This document shows positions 26,262 to 33,610 of a stretch of 64,000 nt of DNA, one piece after another. The translations under genes were made by a program, and so were the position numbers. Within the stretch, counting starts at the first letter, position 1, and every line of letters begins with the position of its first letter. The notes under the pieces were generated by a model. It was not told the DNA's origin and did not search any database. It saw nothing but the letters and a program-made list of their open reading frames with translations. This DNA comes from Candidatus Heimdallarchaeota archaeon (GTDB lineage Archaea > Asgardarchaeota > Heimdallarchaeia > Heimdallarchaeales > Heimdallarchaeaceae), in the NCBI GenBank assembly GCA_030668875.1, contig DAOVER010000005.1, positions 26,597 through 90,596 of the forward strand, written 5' to 3'.

Positions 26262-27425
26262 ATGAGTAACTCGGAAAAAATAATAATGCGACCAACTTGT
26301 GAAATCTGCGGTCTTAGTTTTTCAAGAAAAGACAGTTTGTATAGACACAAACGATCAGTTCATTCAGAGTCAAAGAAATATAGCTGTACAGAATGCAATC
26401 TCACATTTTCTCGTAAAGATACACTGGATCGTCACATCAATGATGTCCACAAACAAATAAGGAAATATATTTGTACCATATGTGACGAGAAGTTCAAACA
26501 AGCGGGTGCTCTAAAAAGACATATCCAAACAATGCATGAGAAGAATATTAGTTATGAATGTCCAAACTGTGATGCAGCATTCCCGCGTAAAGACAACCTA
26601 GACAGACACATAAATGCCGTTCATTTAAACCTCCGACCCCACATTTGCCAGGAATGTGGTGCAGCTTTCAAACTACCTGATCACCTTAAGCAGCACATTA
26701 TTTCCATACATACTGACCGGCGTCAATATGTTTGTGATGAATGTGGTTTTGCTTTCAAACTTCGTCAACATCTAAATGATCATGTCAAAGTTGTTCACCT
26801 AGGTCTTCGTTCTTATGCTTGTGAGGAATGTGATTCTTCTTTTGCTCATGCTCGTGCTCTTAAGCAACACATTATTTCTGTTCATACCGATGAACTTCCT
26901 TATGTTTGCGAGAAATGTAAGAGAGGATTTGCAGATCCTAGTCATCTATATAGGCATGAAAAAGCTGAAGCTTGTTGGTTTACAACTACTACTGCCTACA
27001 AATGGGAAGAGCTTTGTAAAGAGATAGCTGAGATTCTTTTAGAGGAAAAGAATTGGGAGTGGAAACCTACTATAGAAACACCTGAGTTGGTTGAACAGAC
27101 TAGAGTGCAGCCTGAGATTGTTATCTATAATGATGATGGTACGATGGATTTTATCGATGCTAAGAGGTCTACTTATGCTATTTTCAAGGAGAAGGATCTG
27201 GTAGTTTATCCTAAGGTGGCTAGGAGGGTGGAGTTCTGGTGCCTCTACGGTAAAACCAAGGGGATATTTGAAGAGGAGGAAGGGGTGGAAGCGAAATCAA
27301 GTGAAGAAATCATTGGCAAACTAGAAAAGGAAGATTCGCATGATGGACAGAGAGTAAGGAATCTAATAATGAAGATTAGTTTATTGAAAAAGGGAATAAG
27401 ATTTGAAGGACAACAGACACTGTAG
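26262..27425 (+). CDS. C2H2 zinc-finger protein with 8 tandem fingers and a C-terminal domain of about 150 aa carrying a PD-(D/E)XK-like motif
   Basis: Seven C-x2-C-x12-H-x4-H fingers plus a terminal C2HC-like finger (CEKCKRGFADPSHLYRHEKAEAC). The C-terminal region has KWEELCKEIAEILLEE ... VQPEIVIYNDDGTMDFIDAKRS. Confidence 0.85.
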   Translation: MSNSEKIIMRPTCEICGLSFSRKDSLYRHKRSVHSESKKYSCTECNLTFSRKDTLDRHINDVHKQIRKYICTICDEKFKQAGALKRHIQTMHEKNISYECPNCDAAFPRKDNLDRHINAVHLNLRPHICQECGAAFKLPDHLKQHIISIHTDRRQYVCDECGFAFKLRQHLNDHVKVVHLGLRSYACEECDSSFAHARALKQHIISVHTDELPYVCEKCKRGFADPSHLYRHEKAEACWFTTTTAYKWEELCKEIAEILLEEKNWEWKPTIETPELVEQTRVQPEIVIYNDDGTMDFIDAKRSTYAIFKEKDLVVYPKVARRVEFWCLYGKTKGIFEEEEGVEAKSSEEIIGKLEKEDSHDGQRVRNLIMKISLLKKGIRFEGQQTL

Positions 27426-27464
27426 TCATAGAAAAACAGATTGTACAATAAAGTCTTAAAGAAC

Positions 27465-28283
27465 TCAATACCCATACCTTGAGGGTAAGCTTGATCTGTA
27501 ATCATAACTTCTAAACAAGTTTTCAATTAACCGAGGGATAGATTCGCCCCTAAAATCTCTAACTGTGTCTATTATATCGTCATCTTTACCCTCTAACAGC
27601 TTCAACCAAAGCTGAGGTTTGTATCTTACAATGTTGGAAAGCATCCAAGAACCTACAAATGCATCAAATGGGTTATAACTTCCTATCACATCAACAAATG
27701 AAGGAACAGATCTCTTTTCCAAATAATCAGAAATATTTGGAAAGCCCTTGAGATTGTCTTCAGCTAAAAGAAGTAGTAAGCTGTAAAAAACACCTTTATC
27801 ATAGACTTTAGCATGCATATACGGTCTGTTTTCTACATATTTGCCTTTTTTCGAAAGACCATGATGAGTGAAGAAAAACACCTCGTCTTTCATTTCATAT
27901 TCAAGACAGAACACTCCTTTGACACATTGTAATAATGCATAGTATTCAACAAGTGGGCTAGAGTTTTCATCCATTTTTAAGGCAGTTTTAAACATCTCAT
28001 AGATCTGTTGAAAATAGATACTAGAATAAATAGCTATTTCAGTATAATCGATTTCAAAATCCCTAGTTTTCACTAGATTTGCTTTCTTATGGATATTTTC
28101 TAGAAGATTAATTTTTGCATCTTTACGCTCTCTTTCAGTCTTATGGATTCTTCTAGATTTCATTTGCTCTTCTTTTGAATCACAGGTTGGATTGAACCTG
28201 GTAATCAATTTTTTCTTAAGATAATATGGAATAGAGTATTTCTCAAGATTATAGAGAACGATTTGGTGATACTTGTCAATCAT
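27465..28283 (-). CDS. hypothetical protein, YaaC-like (weak), partner of the PLD nuclease gene
   Basis: Starts 3 nt after the upstream PLD gene stop. The C-terminal SWMLSNIVRYKPQLWLKLLEG resembles the YaaC-family ...RY.P..W... region. Confidence 0.35.
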   Translation of the reverse strand: MIDKYHQIVLYNLEKYSIPYYLKKKLITRFNPTCDSKEEQMKSRRIHKTERERKDAKINLLENIHKKANLVKTRDFEIDYTEIAIYSSIYFQQIYEMFKTALKMDENSSPLVEYYALLQCVKGVFCLEYEMKDEVFFFTHHGLSKKGKYVENRPYMHAKVYDKGVFYSLLLLLAEDNLKGFPNISDYLEKRSVPSFVDVIGSYNPFDAFVGSWMLSNIVRYKPQLWLKLLEGKDDDIIDTVRDFRGESIPRLIENLFRSYDYRSSLPSRYGY

Positions 28284-28285
28284 TA

Positions 28286-29068
28286 TTAAACCTCAGTTTT
28301 ATTAATTTTCAATCGGATTGGTTTCAGTTGTCTATAGCAAGAACGGCAGGCAGGTTTATTTGTTGAAATACTTACCTCAGCTCCACATATGTGACAATAA
28401 TTTCCCTTAACAAAACCTCTTCTCTTATCTTTCCAACAATCCTTACACCTTATAACGTGGGTCTCTATTGCATCAAGAGCTATTTTTTTCTTGCAAACTA
28501 TGCAAAAACCCAGTTCTTCTTGATTTTCAGCATAAACAGTAAAGTGTTCTCCTTCTTGTTTGAATTGTAGCTCAATCGCCTGTTTACCATTATCAATAGC
28601 TCTAATTTCTTCTCCATTTCTAACAAGAACTGAGATATATTTATCAATCAATTCTAAGTTAGGCAAATCGTCTTCACCTTCGAAATCGACTCCAATCTCA
28701 AAGTTATCCTTTAGTGAATGGTAATAAAGATTCATTGAAGTAGTTAATGCTCTATCTCCATTATAATAACACTTTGCATGAAGATTAGGTACAAGCCAAA
28801 TTTCATCAGAATAATCGTATAGCTTATCTCTTATAGCTTGTGTTTTCGTCAACCTTTTCTCAGCTGATTTATCATCTGGTTTTCTTGTAATAAAGACAAT
28901 TTGCAGATCTTTGTTTTGTTCTATTAAACTATCCATTAACCTAGACCACTGACCATCTTTTTTTTCAAGTTGAATATAGGGGCTAACTATATGTATGTGT
29001 TTAGTAGCCCTTTCAACTATTTCCTCTATAGCCCCAAATATAGAGCCAGTGCTTGTTAGAATTTTCAC
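28286..29068 (-). CDS. PLD-superfamily (single HKD, Nuc-like) nuclease with a C-terminal four-CxxC zinc ribbon
   Basis: NLHAKCYYNGDRALTTSMNL is an HxK...D...SxN motif. The C-terminus has CIVC...CKDC...CHIC...CRSC. Confidence 0.6.
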   Translation of the reverse strand: MKILTSTGSIFGAIEEIVERATKHIHIVSPYIQLEKKDGQWSRLMDSLIEQNKDLQIVFITRKPDDKSAEKRLTKTQAIRDKLYDYSDEIWLVPNLHAKCYYNGDRALTTSMNLYYHSLKDNFEIGVDFEGEDDLPNLELIDKYISVLVRNGEEIRAIDNGKQAIELQFKQEGEHFTVYAENQEELGFCIVCKKKIALDAIETHVIRCKDCWKDKRRGFVKGNYCHICGAEVSISTNKPACRSCYRQLKPIRLKINKTEV

Positions 29069-29122
29069 TTCTTTTCACTTCCCATCCAAGCAAATAATTA
29101 AATAAACTATAAAAGTTTTTAG

Positions 29123-29139
29123 GGGATTTATTGTTTGAT
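29123..29139. repeat. left copy of the 17-bp direct repeat flanking the IS (gggatttattgtttgat)
   Basis: An identical 17-mer occurs at 30142..30158. Confidence 0.9.
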
Positions 29140-30141
29140 GTTAACTCAACTAAGATCGGTTACACTTTTGGGCAGGATATCTTTGGGAGGTTGGTTCATA
29201 AATCTTTCACCTGGAGTTTGGAGGTTGATTCCTTGATGAGGGCGGAAGAAGTTGTAATAGTCCCTATAGCGCCGGAGGTCAGCGTTACAATAAGCTAATC
29301 CCAGCCGCTTCAGCTCTCTGACGGTTGTACCATGCTGGCGCTCTACTTTCCCACAAGTCTCAGGGTGGAAGAAACGGCTGCGGATATGCTTTATTCCTTC
29401 CTGAGCGAGCACGCGGGTGAAGGTACTTGTCCCTCCTCGCATAGAGTGGAACTGTGCTCCATTGTCTGTTAGTACTTGCTGGGGACGCCTATAAAGCTGG
29501 AAGCAGTGGTGTAACCTTGTCAAGATCTCTTGCTGGCTAATAGGATGGGTGTAGAGTCTACTCTCCAGGAGGAAGCGGGAGTGGTCATCAATGATGGTTA
29601 AAAGATAAAGGTGTTGTCCTTGCTCTTCCACCCAGAAGGGACCTTTGATATCCAGTTGCCAGAGGTCATTGGGTTTGGGTCGTTCGAATCTCTTTCTCGC
29701 CTTCTTCTTGTACGGTTTCTTTCTCCAAGGAGGTTCTCCTTCTCGTTGGAGAGTCTTCCAGATGGTGGTGTGGGAGAGCACCAAGCCTTTCCTCTTGAAC
29801 CATTGCTCAGTCTGCATGATGTTCAAGCCATAGGCTCGTCTCAAGGTGAGGATCTTCTTCTTTATCTGTGGTGTTACCTTTCTCCTTATGCATCTTGGTC
29901 GTCGAGAGCGTTCTTCCCACCATTTTCCCTTGGGGTTCTCACGATAACGTCTTAACCAGGTGTAGACGAATTTTCTTGAGACCATGTACTGTCGAGCAAG
30001 GTGGGTGATAGGTGTTCTTTTCAAAGCCTTTTTAACTACGCGTTTCCTTATAAGTGTCGGGTTACTGTTCGGGTTCATTTAACTCATTTACCCACGGTAA
30101 CCCCTCTTATTTAACTGTCACCAATGTGGGTGGAGTTAACA
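29140..30141 (-). mobile_element. IS481-like insertion sequence (about 1.0 kb, single transposase ORF)
   Basis: Imperfect terminal inverted repeats: (T)GTTAACTCAACTAAGATCGG versus the reverse complement TGTTAACTCCACCCACATTGG. It is flanked by a 16-17 bp direct repeat. GC content is clearly higher (about 50% in lines I counted) than the flanks (about 30-35%). Confidence 0.85.
29146..30078 (-). CDS. DDE transposase (HTH plus integrase-core rve domain), IS481-family-like
   Basis: LWQLDIKGPF (first D), IIDDHSRF, LTDNGAQF (second D), HPETCGKVERQH (E) and YNFFRPHQGI. Confidence 0.9.
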   Translation of the reverse strand: MNPNSNPTLIRKRVVKKALKRTPITHLARQYMVSRKFVYTWLRRYRENPKGKWWEERSRRPRCIRRKVTPQIKKKILTLRRAYGLNIMQTEQWFKRKGLVLSHTTIWKTLQREGEPPWRKKPYKKKARKRFERPKPNDLWQLDIKGPFWVEEQGQHLYLLTIIDDHSRFLLESRLYTHPISQQEILTRLHHCFQLYRRPQQVLTDNGAQFHSMRGGTSTFTRVLAQEGIKHIRSRFFHPETCGKVERQHGTTVRELKRLGLAYCNADLRRYRDYYNFFRPHQGINLQTPGERFMNQPPKDILPKSVTDLS

Positions 30142-30158
30142 GGGATTTATTGTTTGAT
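30142..30158. repeat. right copy of the 17-bp direct repeat flanking the IS
   Basis: Identical to 29123..29139. Confidence 0.9.
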
Positions 30159-30175
30159 TAATGAAAAGTTCTGTA

Positions 30176-31246
30176 TCATCGTTGTCTTATAACATAATTT
30201 ACAATTGTTTCAACCTCTTTTGAAGAAAATGTTTCTTCGAAATAAGAGATATAATTCACTATTTCTTTAAGTGAAAGAACTTTCACAAACTGAAATTGCT
30301 CTTTAGGTTTAGCATTAGTCATTAGAAGCACACTACGAATAGCGATTTTCTTTTTTCCCCAATGATGAGAACTAAGACGAAGAGAACCACTAGAAACAGA
30401 GCTATTTAGAAGAGTGAAAAGAGCAAAATTTGCACGTCTAATTTGTTTAACTGGTGAAAACAGGTTCAGATTTTGTAGAGATTTCTCGCTCCAGTTTTTA
30501 GTTTCAAGTAAAAACACTCCTGAAGGACCAACAACAAGATGGTCAACTTGTATAGATAATATTTTATCATTTTCTTTTCTATTGCAAATTGGACGATTAA
30601 AAGACATCTGAAGATCATTGATAACAGTGAATGTATCTGGAAGTTTCTTTAGTTCTTCAGTAACTTGTTGTTCTCCTATGGTTCCAGAAATTAGGGTGTA
30701 GTTATCATCTAAAATTCTATTTATGAGATTGATTCGGTTAGTATAATTTTGAGATCGTTTTGATATTAAGGTTTCAAAGTTGGTTTCACGATAGGTTACA
30801 TCGCGTTCTAGATTCTTAATTTTCTTGGAAAGATGACGAAAGGGTTTTTCAACTTCATCTATAAAATAGTGTGTCAACTTGTCAAGTCTTTTAGAAAGTT
30901 GATTGAGTTTAATTTTGTAAAATAGGAGCTTGAAAGGATTCTTAGTCGATGAGGAATATTGAATGATCTTAGAAGGGATTAGTTCTTTTTCTTCATTAAG
31001 TAATTTTGTTTGATTAGATATCATCTCTTGATATTGATTTGTGAGTAGAGTATAATCGGATTTAAGTTGACTAATTTCAGCAAGAAGTTTCTCTTTTTGC
31101 TGTTCTTGATGCTGTGAAATAGAATTTTTCCAAGTTTTCTTAAAAGTCTGTATTGATTCAAGAGTTGAAAACTCTCTGATGTTATTTTGTTTTAAGACAT
31201 ATAGAAGATGATTAAGAGAACTAGAATTACCATATATGCGAGCCAA
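30176..31246 (-). CDS. NERD (nuclease-related domain) protein with a long N-terminal coiled coil
   Basis: GTIGEQQVTEELKKLPDTFTVINDL...ILSIQVDHLVVGPSGVFLLETKNW is the NERD signature. The N-terminal ~190 aa is heptad-rich. Confidence 0.8.
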   Translation of the reverse strand: MARIYGNSSSLNHLLYVLKQNNIREFSTLESIQTFKKTWKNSISQHQEQQKEKLLAEISQLKSDYTLLTNQYQEMISNQTKLLNEEKELIPSKIIQYSSSTKNPFKLLFYKIKLNQLSKRLDKLTHYFIDEVEKPFRHLSKKIKNLERDVTYRETNFETLISKRSQNYTNRINLINRILDDNYTLISGTIGEQQVTEELKKLPDTFTVINDLQMSFNRPICNRKENDKILSIQVDHLVVGPSGVFLLETKNWSEKSLQNLNLFSPVKQIRRANFALFTLLNSSVSSGSLRLSSHHWGKKKIAIRSVLLMTNAKPKEQFQFVKVLSLKEIVNYISYFEETFSSKEVETIVNYVIRQR

Positions 31247-31400
31247 AGAAATACCTCCATTCCAACGGAATATTCAATCAAACAATCTTAATAAAACTTG
31301 TTATGAACAGGTATTCGTCCATTTTATAATTTAGACCGTAGAATGTAGTTTTACTCATTCACATTTTTCTTTTATTTTTGTAATATTCTTATATACTGAA

Positions 31401-31859
31401 ATGTTAGACTGTTTCTCAATGGGTCTCAACATCGATTTATCCAAACTTGATTACGCCTTTCATCGTAAACCTTTGCTTATAGGTGGGAAAGTTATGGAAT
31501 ATTATAATCTACGTAAAGCAGGTGATGATGTAGACTTTGTTGTAGCTTTAGAAGACTATGAAGGCTTAAAAGAAGCCTATCCAGAACCAGAATACCAGAG
31601 GGGCTTATTTGGTGATCTTGGAGTAACAGTTGATGAATCAGAGGTTTGGAAATGTATATGTCTTTTCGAATATAAATTCTTATCAGAAAAAGCATTAGAA
31701 ATGGAAGAATATCTAATCATATCATTAGAGAAATTGCTCTTTTTGAAAGTTTTAGCAATGCACAAAAGAAAATATCGAAAAGATGTAAAACTGATAAGGC
31801 AAAAGATTCTGGACAATAAATATGATGACGAAGAGTGGAAGGAGAAATATATGAAATAA
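31401..31859 (+). CDS. hypothetical protein, possible minimal nucleotidyltransferase fold
   Basis: LLIGGKVMEYYNLRKAGDDVDFVV resembles the GG...R...D.D motif of small nucleotidyltransferases (weak). Confidence 0.3.
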   Translation: MLDCFSMGLNIDLSKLDYAFHRKPLLIGGKVMEYYNLRKAGDDVDFVVALEDYEGLKEAYPEPEYQRGLFGDLGVTVDESEVWKCICLFEYKFLSEKALEMEEYLIISLEKLLFLKVLAMHKRKYRKDVKLIRQKILDNKYDDEEWKEKYMK

Positions 31860-31885
31860 CATTGTAGAAAGGAGCTTACTTCTTC

Positions 31886-32335
31886 TCAATTCTCCTTTAT
31901 CGTACCGGTCAATTCGAGTAATTGTTCATATTGCCAAACGCGTTCCTTAGTATCAACTTTAGCAGCATAATTTGCTGCATGAACAGCGTGCCCTGCAACA
32001 TGGACAGTAGCAGTTGCATGACCAGCTGCACGTGCAACTGTACAAGCTACAGCGTTATCAACTTCTCTAGCCGCGGCATGAGCAGCAAATGCTGCAGAGC
32101 GTACCTTACCTACAGAGATCTCCCCATATGTCCATGAATGTGCTGCTTCTATCGCTTTCCTCGGTCGGTCATCATTGGGAAATTTATCTTCAAAATAGGA
32201 TAACACATGTTCCACACAATAAATCGCCCAGATCACCAATGATCTTTTTTCCATTTTGCTTGTAATCTCTGCAATCTTCTTCTTAAGGTCGCTCTCGGAA
32301 TTAAGGGCAGAACTATCCTCACTCATACTTACCAT
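31886..32335 (-). CDS. Ala/His-rich helical protein of the family usually annotated as putative immunity protein (Imm-5-like)
   Basis: WAIYCVEHVLSYFE...DDRPRKAIEAAHSWTYGEISVGKVRSAAFAAHAAAREV...ARAAGHATATVHVAGHAVHAANYAAKV matches the W..CAEHVL/D.RPR.AIEAA/AAHAAAR/AAGHA pattern I recall for that family. Confidence 0.45.
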   Translation of the reverse strand: MVSMSEDSSALNSESDLKKKIAEITSKMEKRSLVIWAIYCVEHVLSYFEDKFPNDDRPRKAIEAAHSWTYGEISVGKVRSAAFAAHAAAREVDNAVACTVARAAGHATATVHVAGHAVHAANYAAKVDTKERVWQYEQLLELTGTIKEN

Positions 32336-32502
32336 CTGAATGGTTGTTTAAAGCAGATAAATAAACGATGTATTTAGTTCATTTAAATCTAAGCAAAATG
32401 CAAGAAAATGATAAGCTTGTCTGATAAAGATAAATCCATCTTACCAAATTTAGCCATAAGTTTTTTCTAATAGCAACATTTTTGTCAACTTAGGTACAAT
32501 CG

Positions 32503-33333
32503 ATGTCTATTGAGAAAGTTAAGGATAATGTTTATGCAATTACTGATGGTAGCACACGCGGGAATGTAGCTGCTTATGTTTTACCTACACAGATTGTCTT
32601 TGTTGATTCAGGTATGCACATTCCTTTAATAAAGAAATTTAGGGAGTATATTGAAAAAGAAACTGGAAAAAAGGCTTCTACTCTTTTTATAACACATGAG
32701 CATGGAGATCATGTTTTCGGCAATCAAATTTTTGAAGACTGTGAGATAATTACATCAGAATTAGCAAATGAAGCCATGATAAAATCAAAACAAAATGATT
32801 GGACACCAATAAATATAGAAGAATGGAAGAAAAATGCAGAAGATCCAACTGCATTAGAAGGGTTACAAATTGTTTTCCCCAATAAAACCTTTGCAGATGA
32901 GTATGAGATGGTAGATGGGGATGTAAAAATCATAGTTAAAAGAACAGGCGGTCATACTGAAGGTTCAAGTTATGTTTATTGTCCAAACTACAAAGTAATG
33001 TTCGGTGGTGACAATTTATTCAACCACAGTTTTCCTTGGGGTGGAACACCTACTGCCGACCCTTTAAAATGGATTAAAGCCTTAGAAGAATACCTCTCAC
33101 TTGACGTGGAGCATTATATTCCCGGACATGGTTCAACATCTGACAAGAAACCTTTAGAGGAATTTCGTGCATATCTGAACAAGGTTGTTACTCTTATGCA
33201 AGATATGTTTGTTGAAGGAAAGAGTGAAGAAGAAATTCTTGAAGCAGCAGATAAAATAGGATATTACCCACCTAGAAGGGAGCAATGGAAGGCTCTAACG
33301 TTAAAGAGATGGTATGATGTTGTGTTAAATTAA
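32503..33333 (+). CDS. metallo-beta-lactamase fold hydrolase
   Basis: THEHGDHVFG (HxHxDH), plus a later GGHTEGS and PGHG. Confidence 0.85.
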   Translation: MSIEKVKDNVYAITDGSTRGNVAAYVLPTQIVFVDSGMHIPLIKKFREYIEKETGKKASTLFITHEHGDHVFGNQIFEDCEIITSELANEAMIKSKQNDWTPINIEEWKKNAEDPTALEGLQIVFPNKTFADEYEMVDGDVKIIVKRTGGHTEGSSYVYCPNYKVMFGGDNLFNHSFPWGGTPTADPLKWIKALEEYLSLDVEHYIPGHGSTSDKKPLEEFRAYLNKVVTLMQDMFVEGKSEEEILEAADKIGYYPPRREQWKALTLKRWYDVVLN

Positions 33334-33610
33334 TCTGATTTGTCTCCTTTTATTCTTTATAATTATTTTTTCGCGGAGATAATTCTTAGAAAAAAACTCT
33401 TTTTGTCAGAATATTCTTTGTTGTCTTTTAGTATTAGTTTTCATAGAAACTATGCTTAGTTAAAAGTGATGCAAAAGAATGACCCTAAAGAAGAGGACCA
33501 ATGAAGCATCCTTTCCCTTCAGCAACCCATAATGGGGGTCCTCTTCCTTCTTCCACTTTAACAAAATCTTAAATAATTGTAAGATAGGTCGATTTTATTC
33601 GTGGTAATCT

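Noticed and set aside
31262-31286. Inverted partial copy (attgtttgatt) of the IS-flanking 17-mer just upstream of the NERD gene, which would suggest the NERD gene is bracketed by inverted repeats
   Set aside because: Only 11 nt match, with an indel relative to the 17-mer. In AT-rich DNA this is within chance expectation, so it is not reported as a mobile cassette.
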